DNA from: Amphiscolops sp. MND2022
Taxonomy: Eukaryota
Assembly: GCA_964187785.1 (NCBI GenBank)
Contig: OZ076409.1
Span: 64,606,001-64,670,000 of the forward strand
Length of the DNA stretch: 64,000 nt
Reading direction: 5' to 3'
Position 1 is the stretch's first letter; each line of letters opens with the position of its first letter. Both the position numbers and the translations under genes were made by a program. The notes beneath the pieces are model-generated. The model worked only from the letters and a program-made list of their open reading frames with translations, ran no database searches and had not been told where the DNA came from. This document shows positions 1-11,988 of this stretch, piece after piece.

Positions 1-15
1 ATGGCTTGAAGTTCC

Positions 16-676
16 TTGCCAATCACAAAAAATTTATTGTTAGATTCAGTGGCAAGGTGTTGGATGTTATCAGAGATGGAAGAAGTCATCGCAAACATCC
101 GGTTAATGGCATCCGCATTTTCTTCACTCTGGCAAGTACCAAAAATGCCAGAGAGACCACAAGAGCCAGAGCCCATGGAAACGCCAGTTCCAAAAACGCC
201 AATGGCTCCAACCGCAACCGCAGCTAAGGGAAGAGCACGAGGAACACGGCTTGAGGGTGGAGACGGAGGCGGTAACGAAAGGAACCTGGCAACTTCCGGG
301 TGGAGGTGGGCTAACGAAGCATCAGAGGCGTTGACTTCTTTGTGAATTCTGCCCTGAGCCAGTGGGTGTCGAAGCCTCTAGTGCTGGTGTTCGTGAAGTT
401 CAAGTAACAATTGTACGTGGGCATGTCCCACATAGAATGAAGCGCCGTCAATATACGAGCTAAATCAGCTTTGAGACTCACAGAAAATTGAGGAAAGGGC
501 AACAAAAACTGGACGTTAATAAACTTCTCTGCCATGAGTATTTTACGGTCTTCATGAAAGATAATCCCTTTCTTCAGGGGGCCATCAGAATCGTCAAATT
601 CCGAAATGGGCTAGCAAAGAAATATGAACGAATTTGCTGTAAGAAGTGGTATGATCACAAAGAACGTCAGGAATGA
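16..676 (+). pseudogene. Degraded coding region of unknown family (first unit of the antisense cassette; probably begins left of the window)
   Basis: The Pro/Glu-rich ORF 16-345 overlaps a second frame that reads about 155 codons with only two stops (QPQLREEHEEHGLRV...HQRR*LLCEFCPEP...QYTS*ISFETHRKLRKGQQKLDVNKLLCHEYF...ERQE*). GC is higher than in the flanks. Confidence 0.35.
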
Positions 677-953
677 TCCATCCAAAAATGGTGATGGTCT
701 AAGCCGTAGGCGGTGAACTTGCGGAATGTTGATATTTACACCGGATATTGATCGTGCTATTGAAATTTATAACAAAGTAAGTGGATCAAGTAGATCATAT
801 ATTTGAAGTTATTGTTTCGAGCAAGTTTGCTATTCATTTGTTTATGCTTTTATTGTCTTGATTCATCAATTGTCTGAACATCTACTACCGTCTCAATCGA
901 TCTAAAGTGAGTCAAGTCTAATATGATATTCGAGTCTTTCAGTTGCAAAGTAA

Positions 954-1286
954 ATGAATTGTCCTTCGACAAAATTCGAAGAATTTGTTCTCTGGTGTTG
1001 TGCCGAGGGCACGGATGCGTCAAGAGGGGGGCGCCTCCTCTCTTTCAGCAAAGAGCCCCGGCCCGAGTGTAAGCAGTCTCTGCCCGCAGAGACTGGAACT
1101 TCGGAAGTCAAGACAGTGGCAGTCATTGTCGGAGTCGGAGTGATGGTGTTGATCACCCTGTTTCTTGGTTTTTGTTGCCGCACATGGCAGAAAAAGAAAG
1201 AAGAAAAGGAGCTAAGGAGAGCGACAAGAGAAAAATTGAAAAAAGAAAGGAGAAAGCCAGAAGGCAAGAAAAGATGGAAAAAATAA
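954..1286 (+). CDS. 110-aa single-pass membrane protein: Cys-containing N-terminus, TM helix, juxtamembrane CC, polybasic tail (FAST-like architecture)
   Basis: ATG-initiated ORF; hydrophobic VAVIVGVGVMVLITLFLGF is followed by CC and a K/R-rich tail (WQKKKEEKELRRATREKLKKERRK...). Confidence 0.55.
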   Translation: MNCPSTKFEEFVLWCCAEGTDASRGGRLLSFSKEPRPECKQSLPAETGTSEVKTVAVIVGVGVMVLITLFLGFCCRTWQKKKEEKELRRATREKLKKERRKPEGKKRWKK

Positions 1287-1814
1287 AGAAGAAAACGTAT
1301 TTGGAAACTACAGTCTAAAAACAGAAAAGGAGAAGTAAACAACGCACAGTAGAAGTGAAGAGTGAGAGTTAGATAATGTCGTACTATGCGGTGGCAGTCG
1401 TCCAGTATTATTCATGTTGAAGCATATTTAAAATCAACAGAGTCTGTCAGTCGTACATTTTAAAACTACAAGAAAAGCCAAAAAAACTGGTGTAAATTTG
1501 AGTGTGTTAGTTGTATAGATTAGTTGTCTGGTGGAAGTCAAAAAAAGACAAAAAAACAACAACAAAAAAGGAAAAGAAAAAGAAAAAAAACGTTGGCTGG
1601 AAGTCGACTTGAAAAAAAAAAGAAAAAAATCAAGATAGTGGAAGAAAAGAAAAAAAATGTTTGTGCGTTGAAGAGTCTTTTTCCGTAATTTGAGTCGAAT
1701 GTTGAGTGAAGAGGAGTCTGTCGGGTAGTAGTTCGAGCAAGATGTTGAATTGAAGTTGGAGAGAGAAAAGGAAATTCAGATAATTCAAAGTGTATTGTTG
1801 CGTTTCAGAGTACC

Positions 1815-2484
1815 ATGGAGCGATTTTTGCGAGAAGCCATCACGAGATATCTGACAGAAGGCACTTTAGATGAAACAGTGCTGGATTCCAGAGATAGGCG
1901 TGAGGCTTTCAAAAAGAACTGCAGGAACATGAAGTTCGAGAGAGGCGTGCTGTTACAAAGGGCGGAGGAATGACTTCTTGCCAATTCCAACACCGGAGCA
2001 AGTGGATAATTTACTCTATAAAATCCACATCAAGAACTATAAAGAAGGAGAAAGTGGTATTGGGAAGAAGCATTATCGGGGCCTGCAGCTACATGTGGAG
2101 GCACTGTCAAATGCTGGGTGGGCCTTTCCGATTGGTATGGGAGGACTGAAAGCAGTTGCGGAAGAGTAAGTGCATTTATTCAAAGATAAAAACTTATAGT
2201 AACAAAAGGGAAAAATTTTTTTTTGTTTTTTTTGTAAAAGAAAATGAAATAAGGAATGGTGTATATGGTTATCAGGTTTCTCAGGAATTGTCAGGAATGC
2301 TACTTCGCGAGTGAAGAAGGGAGGAAAGTACAGAGGTATTTGAGTTTCGTTGGAGCGGCGGATCGAACTCTGTAGTCAGTTCGATTATACCTGTGTATGG
2401 GAACCTCTATCATCTTCACGAAGTGGAGAAGTTCCTGTCATTCTCGAAGAACCAGGACGCAAAGAACCTTTGGGGGTCCTTGCG
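1815..2484 (+). pseudogene. 3'-truncated copy 1 of the HHCC-OTU gene (exons 1-2 and part of exon 3; 2-nt deletion in exon 1)
   Basis: Same sequence as 3162-3829, but GTGCTGTTAC replaces GTGCTGTGTTAC. It is cut by the repeat junction before the OTU Cys motif. Confidence 0.75.
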
Positions 2485-3161
2485 CATGGCAGAAAAAGAA
2501 AGAAGAAGAAAAGGAGCTAAGGAGAGCGACAAGAGAAAAATTGAAAAGAGAAAGGAGAAAGCCAGAAGGCAAGAAAAGATGGAAAAAATAAAGAAAAAAA
2601 GAAAACGGAGAAAAAGTCAAAGGTGCCAAAAACAGTGAAAAAGTCGTATTTGGAAACTACAGTCTAAAAACAGAAACGGAGAAGTAAACAACGCACAGTA
2701 GAAGTGAAGAGTGAGAGTTAGATAATGTCGTACTATGCGGTTGCAGTCGTCCAGTATTATTCATGTTAAAGCATATTTAAAGTCAACAGAGTCTGTCAGT
2801 CGTACATTTTAAAACTACAAGAAAAGCCAAAAAAACTGGTGTAAATTTGAGTGTGTTAGTTGTATAGATTAGTTGTCTGGTGGAAGTCAAAAAAAGACAA
2901 AAAAAACAACAACAAAAAAGGAAAAGAAAAAGAGAAAAAACGTTGGCTGGAAGTCGACTTGAAAAAAAAGAAAAAAATCAAGATAGTGGAAGAAAAGAAA
3001 AAAATGTTTGTGCGTTGAAGAGTCTTTTTCCGTAATTTGAGTCGAATGTTGAGTGAAGAGGAGTCTGACGGGTAGTAGTTCGAGCAAGATGTTGAATTGA
3101 AGTTGGAGAGAGAAAAGGAAATTCAGATAATTCAAAGTGTATTGTTGCGTTTCAGAGTACC

Positions 3162-3829
3162 ATGGAGCGATTTTTGCGAGAAGCCATCACGAGATATCTG
3201 ACAGAAGGCACTTTAGATGAAACAGTGCTGGATTCCAGAGATAAGCGTGAGGCTTTCAAAAAGAACTGCAGGAACATGAAGTTCGAGAGAGGCGTGCTGT
3301 GTTACAAAGGGCGGAGGAATGACTTCTTGCCAATTCCAACACCGGAGCAAGTGGATAATTTACTCTATAAAATCCACATCAAGAACTATAAAGAAGGAGA
3401 AAGTGGTATTGGGAAGAAGCATTATCGGGGCCTGCAGCTACATGTGGAGGCACTGTCAAATGCTGGGTGGGCCTTTCCGATTGGTATGGGAGGACTGAAA
3501 GCAGTTGCGGAAGAGTAAGTGCATTTATTCAAAGATAAAAACTTATTTTATAGTAACAAAAGGGAAAAATTTTTTTTTGTAAAAGAAAATGAAAGAAGGA
3601 ATGGTGTATATGGTTATCAGGTTTCTCAGGAATTGTCAGGAATGCTACTTCGCGAGTGAAGAAGGGAGGAAAGTACAGAGGTATTTGAGTTTCGTTGGAG
3701 CGGCGGATCGAACTCTGTAGTCAGTTCGATTATACCTGTGTATGGGAACCTCTATCATCTTCACGAAGTGGAGAAGTTCCTGTCATTCTCGAAGAACCAG
3801 GACGCAAAGAACCTTTGGGGGTCCTTGCG
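3162..3829 (+). pseudogene. 3'-truncated copy 2 of the HHCC-OTU gene (intact exon 1 at 3162-3514, exon 2, part of exon 3)
   Basis: The 118-aa ORF ends in a GTAAGT donor. Splicing to CAG|GTTTCTCAGG yields ...VAEEFLRNCQEC, which completes the HHCC motif. Confidence 0.75.
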
Positions 3830-4509
3830 CATGGCAGAAAAAGAAAGAAGAAGAAAAGGAGCTAAGGAGAGCGACAAGAGAAAAATTGAAAAGAGAAAGG
3901 AGAAAGCCAGAAGGCAAGAAAAGATGGAAAAAATAAAGAAAAAAAGAAAACGGAGAAAAAGTCAAAGGTGCCAAAAACAGTGAAAAAGTCGTATTTGGAA
4001 ACTACAGTCTAAAAACAGAAACGGAGAAGTAAACAACGCACAGTAGAAGTGAAGAGTGAGAGTTAGATAATGTCGTACTATGCGGTTGCAGTCGTCCAGT
4101 ATTATTCATGTTAAAGCATATTTAAAGTCAACAGAGTCTGTCAGTCGTACATTTTAAAACTACAAAAAAAGCCAAAAAAACTGGTGTAAATTTGAGTGTG
4201 TTAGTTGTATAGATTAGTTGTCTGGTGGAAGTCAAAAAAAAGACAAAAAAAACAACAACAAAAAAGGAAAAGAAAAAGAGAAAAAACGTTGGCTGGAAGT
4301 CGACTTGAAAAAAAAGAAAAAAAAATCAAGATAGTGGAAGAAAAGAAAAAAATGTTTGTGCGTTGAAGAGTCTTTTTCCGTACTTTGAGTCGAATGTTGA
4401 GTGAAGAGGAGTCTGACGGGTAGTAGTTCGAGCAAGATGTTGAATTGAAGTTGGAGAGAGAAAAGGAAATTCAGATAATTCAAAGTGTATTGTTGCGTTT
4501 CAGAGTACC

Positions 4510-5767
4510 ATGGAGCGATTTTTGCGAGAAGCCATCACGAGATATCTGACAGAAGGCACTTTAGATGAAACAGTGCTGGATTCGAGATAAGCGTGAGGCT
4601 TTCAAAAAGAACTGCAGGAACATGAAGTTCGAGAGAGGCGTGCTGTGTTACAAAGGGCGGAGGAATGACTTCTTGCCAATTCCAACACCGGAGCAAGTGG
4701 ATAATTTACTCTATAAAATCCATATCAACAACTATAAAGAAGGAGAAAGTGGTATTGGGAAGAAGCATTATCGGGGCCTGCAGCTACATGTGGAGGCACT
4801 GTCAAATGCTGGGTGGGCCTTTCCGATTGGTATGGGAGGACTGAAAGCAGTTGCGGAAGAGTAAGTGCATTTATTCAAAGATAAAAACTTATTTCATCGT
4901 AACAAAAGGGAAAAATTTTTTTCTTTTTTGTAAAAGAAAATGAAATAAGGAATGGTGTATATGGTTATCAGGTTTCTCAGGAATTGTCAGGAATGCTACT
5001 TCGCGAGTGAAGAAGGGAGGAAAGTACAGAGGTATTTGAGTTTCGTTGGAGCGGCGGATCGAACTCTGTAGTCAGTTCGATTATAACTGTGTATGGGAAC
5101 CTCTATCATCTCCACGAAGTGGAGAAGTTCCTGTCATTCTCGAAGAACCAGGACGCAAAGAACCTTTGGGGGTCCTTGCGGAGGTCGGAGGAGAATGCTT
5201 CTTCTCGAGCGTATACTATTTGCTCTGTGGGAGAAAATCTGGTGAGAGAATTGAGAATAGATGAAATGAGAAAAGAAAAAAAACAAAGGTAATCTGACAG
5301 ATGAATATTTTACATAGATCGAAAGAATGCGACGGCAAGTCGTAAGTGCAAGGCTCTACGCGTGGCTGCAACAAAGGTGATGCAGACGGTGGAGTTCAAG
5401 GATTATTGCAGGGAATCCCTTGGCATGGCACCCAACGACTTTATGGCTCAAGAGTGTGCGAAAGTGACGGCGAGCATCTCTGAGGCGGCCGTAAGTACCT
5501 GAAAATGGGCGCTAGAAGGAGCCAAGCGTTGTAAGGGGGGTGAGCATTCATTCATAATTTTAGATTCTAGCAACAGCATGGGTGTTACAAACGGACCTGC
5601 AAGTGTACTGGCAATATTGGAACTTGGGCGGGTGGATCCGGTACAAATACGGACCGAAAAGTTCCGGTACAGGGGCTAGCTTTCTGTGCCACGCCATCCA
5701 GGGCGGCGAACGGTTCCGGACCCGCTTCCACTGCGAGCCGTTGCCCCATTTTCCTGAGCCAGAGTGA
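4510..5767 (+). CDS. 5-exon gene: GIN/Ginger-type integrase HHCC zinc-binding domain fused to an OTU-like cysteine protease (about 319 aa if the 2-nt deletion near 4583 is repaired)
   Basis: Exons 4510-4860, 4972-5031, 5072-5241, 5318-5490 and 5564-5767 are all GT-AG with matching phases (intron 2 could alternatively be 5024-5075, also in frame). HHCC: LLYKIH...KHYRG...WAFP...EFLRNCQEC. OTU: EVGGECFFSSVYYLLCG...ALR...EAAILATAWVLQTDLQVY...FHCEPL. Confidence 0.75.
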
Positions 5768-6706
5768 GTAAACTTGAAAATTTACAGAGAATCCGAGAGA
5801 TTATTGCTGTTTCTAGAAAAATTGGCAAAAAATTAACTTTATAAAAGGTTGAAGACACCTGTGAGGGTGCGGAGCCCTGCTAGAGAACCGTGGGAAGAAG
5901 AGGAAGCTATGGGAGCATGCGGGACGAGCGCTTCAAGCGGATAAATGTAAGTAAAGATCATCTGTGTGGAAAAAAATCCAAAAAATAGTTAAAATATATA
6001 CGAAAAAGAGGTTGTAAAGTAAGAAAACAGTCAAAAAAATTAGAAAAAGGTATGGCGCGGACAGCTAGGATCCGTGAGAAGCCTCTAGAGGGGTTTAGGA
6101 CCCATTCCAAAGACCTGGGAGAGCAAAAAATAGATTTTTCGAAAAAATTGATATTTCCATAATATGGTCGAAAAGTGACCCAGAAAAATTTTTTTTTCAA
6201 TTTTTTCCGGATTTTTTGGGCTTAATCCAAAGTTTGGGCGAAAAAATGTCGGTCACCACTAGTTTTAGGGCAAAATTCGAAAAATTCGAAATTTGGGTCT
6301 ATTTAGGTAGTATACAGAAAAAGTGGTAATTTTGCAAAGAAAAGGTCCCATAAATAGTAGGAAGGGAAGGGTCGGGTGGATCGGAATATGAACCAGGATA
6401 ACGAGGGGAATCTGCAGGGCAAGTTTCAGGAGCAAAAAGTGCTCAGAAAGAAAAAAAAATCAATTGTTTGCTCAAAATAGGGTGAAAATGGAGATCGATG
6501 GATAGGAAAAATGAGGAAAATGGTGAAGAAAAGCAATTTCTCTGGACCCTAAACGGGCCAAAAGGGCTAAATAGGCGGCTAGAAAGGTCCTCCCATAGAG
6601 AAAAAGACCAAAGCAGTAGGCGATTAAAAGCAAAAATATGCAAAAAATAGACATAAACGGCGAAATTCTGAAAAAACGCTAAAATAAGGGAAAAGATGAA
6701 AAATGG

Positions 6707-9700
6707 TTATTTCCAGGGTTTAGACTGAAAAAATGAAGTACGACCAGGTTTAGGACGTAAACGTTGTTCACGCGTGCCCGATATAGGGACTGTAGTAACA
6801 GTCGCAGTCGTAGCCGTGGCGGGGGTAGCATCCGCGAAAACATGTTGTGAAGGGGGGAGGCTACGAAGATATGCATGGCAGTCCTGAATGACTGGTGTCG
6901 GAGTGACAGGTTTCGAGGGTGAACGTCGGTTAAACGACTTCTGAGCGAGCACTCGAGAAACTAATGAAGGCTTATACTTAGTAGGGGTAGTGGGGCGCGG
7001 TATACGAGACAGCGAAGATGAAGAATGAGAAGTGGGTGCGCCCGAAGAACAATGATAGCGAGGTAAGTTAGCAAGTTCTTCATTGGTAATAACGCCAGGC
7101 ATACCAGAGTATGGCGACGCAATTTGTGGAGAAGAAGGCGAGGATAATATCGGACGTGCACGATTGATAAGACTTTCAGAAAAACCAGAAAATTAAGAAG
7201 ATGAGCTAAGATCCGAATGATCATATATCTTAGGTCGCGTAGCAGTCGTCGTAACAGGAGGGACGTCCAAAGAGGGAGACAAAATAGGGGTAGGAAGGAT
7301 AGAAGTAGCTATTTCCAGTGGTGGAGCCTGAACGGTAGCTTTAAGAGGGGTTGAATGCATTACAGGTGTGCTTTGTGTGAAAATAGAGGTTGTATGGGCA
7401 AAAGGCAAAGTAGGCTCAGCTACTGTAAAAACATCAAAAGAATCAAACGTCGTATCGGGACTAGGGAAAAAGGAAGGATGAGGTTCAGAAAAGTGTTCCC
7501 TAGGGGGGGTGGAGTCACGAGAAGAGAGTATAAAAGAGTCGTGACGTTGATCGCTCACTGGGATGTTACGAACATCCTGTGTGAGAGAGACCTGACGCGG
7601 CGACGGGGCTTTATGGCAATTAGGCACCAGTCGTGGAAAATCAAAATTCTGAGGTGGGGGTAAAGTGTGAAGCGGCGGTGGCTGTGCCACTGGAAGAGCC
7701 TGCGGAACTACAGGAGGTGGGGAGGAGCCGGTGGAGCAGGTACAACCGGTGGTAATCGGCGGGGTTGATAACAAAAAACTACTGCCGGGGTGTCTGCAAT
7801 CTCATCCTCCGGAGTGAATGTTTTATCCTGTAGGAGGTTTGGTAGCGCGTCATCAAAAACTGAAGGCTCAGATACGCGGCGTGTGGAAGGATCAGGTTGA
7901 AAGTTAGAGGGGTTAATGGTAGAAAGATCTTCCACATTGTATTGAGGCTGAATTGGTCGCAGGCGGATTCTATGTACACATTGTGTGTAATTTAAACCTA
8001 CTTTACGAATGATGTAGTTTGAATGGGTAAGAACCGTTTCTACACAGTATAAGGGCAGCCATTTGGTTAAAGATTTCCCCCATATGGTCATTGACGTTAG
8101 ACAATTTTGGATTCAGAAGTAAACAAAAGTCGTGTTTTTTCAGAGGTAAAGCGGAAGCTTTACGATCATAGAAATGACGGTACTTGTTACATGCCGTGAT
8201 AGTAGCATCACGTGCGTGTGAAAAAACTTCATTCATCTTATCCTGTAGTGTACTCGTAAAGTCGTATTTAGTCTCTAACGTTTGGAGCATTTTATTATTA
8301 AACCGTAGATCAAGTTAAGATGTCGGTTGGCGTCCGTGAAAAAGAAAAGTAGGAGTACATCCGATTGAGGTGTGTTAGGTGGTATTATGTACGAAAACCG
8401 CTAAATCAACATAAGAATGCCAATCACGCTTGGCACGGTTTTCGTAAATTCCCAAATACTGTTTAAGAGACGCATGACAGCGCTCAATCGAACCCATTGT
8501 TTGAGGGTGCTTAACAGTCGCGTACTCCAGTTTGATTTCTAATAACCGCGAAAGTTCTGTCATAACACGGGCTGTAAAGGCAGTGCCCATGTCGGAAAGG
8601 ACAATTTTTGGCAAATACGACGATCTCATGAAAATGTGAAATAACTGCTTTGCCACATTCGGAGCACTTGCATTGCGCAACGAAGTTGCAAAGAGATATT
8701 TGCTAAAAGTATCTTTCGCTGTTAGAATGTGGGTAAAACCTCCTGAATCAGGCAATTTTCCAACTAAATCAATTTGGAGCATTTCACCAGGGAAATACTT
8801 GTCCGTTGCCAGGGATAACAGTGGTGGTTTTAGCGTCGCATGTTTTACTGGTTTAGTTTGAAGACAAGAAGAGCAATTTTTTACAATGTGAGTTAAAAAT
8901 TCAACAAAGTTCGGAAAGTAGAAATGTTTTCTAAAAAGTTCTGCCGTTTTCGCAATTCCTGGATGACCTGCATATTTGCTATTGTGTACTCGATAAAGTA
9001 ATTCCTCACGTAAGTGAGTGGGGACAACATACTGACGTATGAAGTCACGACCATTGTCGCTGAAAAACTTACGATAGAGTACACCGTTATGGTTTTCTAA
9101 GCGAGCAAAATGCTTTAGGTACTTGCGAAGTTCAGTATTCATGTATGGCGAAGGCGATGGTGGTCCATTCGCGATCCAGGCAAGAACTAATTTAATGTTC
9201 GTATCTTTTTGTTGTTCAAGTTGCAAATTTAAAGGGGTTAGTCGATCTGACATCGAGTTAGTCTAAGTGATCTAAAGGGTTGAAGGCATGCAATGCATTT
9301 AGTGATGGAAGAGAGGTTTTAAGGTCCTCTGAGGACATGAAAATTTCGCAGTCAGCTTTTAGCAAGTTTACCGAGTTATCAGGGACTTGCATTCACATGT
9401 TCAAATGGACATCAGCCACAGGAATTTTAGAATTAAATTTCAACTCAAGTTCCGTGTGCGGCTGGAAATGAATGCGGGACAGGTAATCAGCTGCCGCATT
9501 TGCTTTACCAGGAATGTGTCCTAGCAAAAAATTGAAATTGAGTACATGGTCTACGCAAGTCCAAAGACTCGAGGGAATGGTTTTGGCTTGAAAAAACCTA
9601 GTGAGGCTTTTATTGTCAGTAAGGACTAAAACTGGTTTAGTGGTGCCCCAAAGTATGTGGGCAAAAAAGTCAAAGGCAAAATGGACAGCTAGAAACTCTT

Positions 9701-11988
9701 TTGCATAAATAGAAAGCTTCAAGTAAGTGGGCGTGAAAATTTTAGAACCAAAAGAAACAGGAACGTACGTTTTGTACTGTTTTCCCGATTGATCCGTAGC
9801 ATAGTCTTCAATGAGTAGCACATAACCGGCAGCGTAAAAGCTAGCATCGGTCGAACTCACATATTGTGCGTCTGCTTCAGGCAATTTCAAAGCCAGTTGG
9901 CATGCCTGTTCTAAGTCTTTTCGCAAAGTAGCTATACACTTGTGATGTTCTTCGGTTAGTACTATATCATTTTCTTTTCGTAAAAGTTGGTAGAAAGGTA
10001 GCAACTATTCTCCAAGTTTCGGTATAAAAGAACGAAAATATTGGAAGAATCCAATAAATCGTCTTATTTGTTTTACAGTTTTCGGTACTTTCAGTGTTGA
10101 CAAAAATTCAGTGACTTTAGTTTTATTCGGTAGCACTCCTTCACTAGTTATTGTGTTCCCCAAAAATGTCATTTCTTTCAAGCCAAATTCACATTTGCCA
10201 GGTGTGAATTTAAGACCTGTTTTCTCTACACACTTGAAAATTGCTTCTAAATTAGTTGCAAATTCTTCAAACGTAGCGGCAGCAGTGCCTAAATCATCTA
10301 CATACTGAAAGCACTGGTCGGCAACAATACAAGGGTAGAGGTATTTGCGCATAAAAGAACTAAAGGCGCTAACTGAGCGACTCAGTCCTTGTGCTAAGCG
10401 TAAATATGCAAAAGTCCTTGAAAGAAAATTGAAAGCAAGCAGTTGCACAGACAAAGTATCTGCCATTTGTAAGACATGATATGCTTGGCTACAGTCTAGT
10501 TTGGCAAAGTACTTCTTTCCTGCAAGATGTGAATTCACATCGGCCAAAGTAGCTATCGGAAAATTGTGATTATCATAATCATGCCTTATTAAATGGTTAA
10601 TTCGTCGCAGATCTACTAATATTCGTAATTTTCCAGATGGTTTACGGAGGGCAAAAATGGGACTGGAGTATTTCGAGTAAGTCAAAGTTGTTATCACTCC
10701 CCAATATTGTAATAAAGCCAATTCCACTAAAACTTCGTCTCGATAGTGGATAGGGGTTGGCGGACCCTGTGTATACATAGGCTTGTCATTTTCAGGGGAC
10801 AGCTTGACTTTAAACTCTTCGTTTGCGCCAATATCAAGACGATGTCGTGCAAAAATATGATATTATTTTAACAAAAGAGCTTCAATCTGTTGTTTCTGCT
10901 CTTGATTGAAAACAGGGTTTTCCCATGGAAACTGAGCAAGAAATGATTCTCGATCCGCAAGGTTCTTCGCAGGATTTAATTTTTCCCGTTTTTTCAGTGC
11001 AACAATTTCGTCATAAATACGTTTTTGTATGCCCGTCAATGTTTCTGGATTAGGGCAATTCTCAGGTGTTGGAAACCAAAATTCATCGTTGGACGGATAA
11101 ACTTTGTGTTCCGAATCAGCAATAGGCCATTTATGCTCTTATTGAGATGGTCAGTCAAAATTTCAGGATTTACAGGTTGTAAATACTGTGCCTGAGAAGC
11201 TGTTAAAATCGTGACTTCAGCAACTTGAGCATTTTTCTGTACTGTTACTTGATGAGGCAAAAGATTTAGTATCCCTAAGGCAACTTGTTTCTTCGCGTCA
11301 AATTTTACAATGGCACTGGTTACACAAAGACCAGTTTGTTTTTCAAACCGTGGGTTAGGTTTCACGATTGCTACTGTTCCTTCAGGGAAGGATTCTGTAG
11401 AGAGAATACATTGGATTATTTCGCATGTGTTCGGTTTAACTGAGAGAGTTTGGGCAGCATGTAAGAAAAGATTTTTCTTAGTAGTTAGTGAACTGATTTT
11501 GCCACCTTTATGGACTCGTTCAGTTAGTTGTATGGTCATGTTCGGCAATTTTAGCGTTCGGGTTTTCGGATGAATCAAGATATCGTGTTTTTCAAAAAAC
11601 GGAAGACCTAAAATGGTCTGGTTCATCGTTTCCATGAGGATGAAAGTTTCGGTGAAGTTTCGTTCGCTATTTTGAAAGAGGCTTGAAAAGTTCCATGTGT
11701 GGTTATAGAGGCACCAGTGGCAACTTTTACTGTTGAAGGTTGAGGGTTATAGTTGGTTATACTTTTTGGACCTAAATGTTGAAGTTTATTAAAAATGGAA
11801 AGAGGCATGGCGCTTGAGAAAGCACCAGTATCTATAAGGGCTTTAACAGGAAAAGAAAAGTGAAGTGGTACAGAAAATAAAGAAGTGCGAGGCTTTGAGG
11901 ATAGTACGTTAATGAAGTTAGAAGGAGTACAGTTAGGAATATTAGATATATTAGAAGTATGGGCATTGTGTGGCTTACCTAGTTTTTT
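6707..11988 (-). pseudogene. pol: Gypsy pol (protease, RT, RNase H, integrase, long P/S/T-rich tail), disrupted
   Basis: ALIDTGA protease; RT LDCSQAY, LAQG, YVDD; RNase H TDAS, KEFLA, TDNK, AADYLSR; integrase H..GHPG..CSSC, QIDLVG, SDMG, IER. Split over ORFs by stops and frameshifts. Confidence 0.93.

Larger units (their letters stand above)
1183..5180 (+). repeat. Tandem triplication, unit about 1.30-1.35 kb (1183-2484, 2485-3829, 3830-5180)
   Basis: CATGGCAGAAAAAGAAAG recurs at 1183, 2485 and 3830, and each unit ends at GGGGGTCCTTGCG. Units are near-identical apart from small indels. Confidence 0.95.

Noticed and set aside
2393..3983. Lys/Arg-rich ORFs 2393-2638 and 3738-3983 and their Phe-rich antisense ORFs
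   Set aside because: They are chimeric frames created by the tandem-repeat junction and A/G-rich composition, not independent genes.
1183..5180. Repeat units as LTRs or a CRISPR-like array
   Set aside because: Contiguous kb-scale units with no spacers, no TG...CA ends and no PBS.
4510..5900. Autonomous Ginger transposon
   Set aside because: No DDE core and no TIR pair could be found around the gene.
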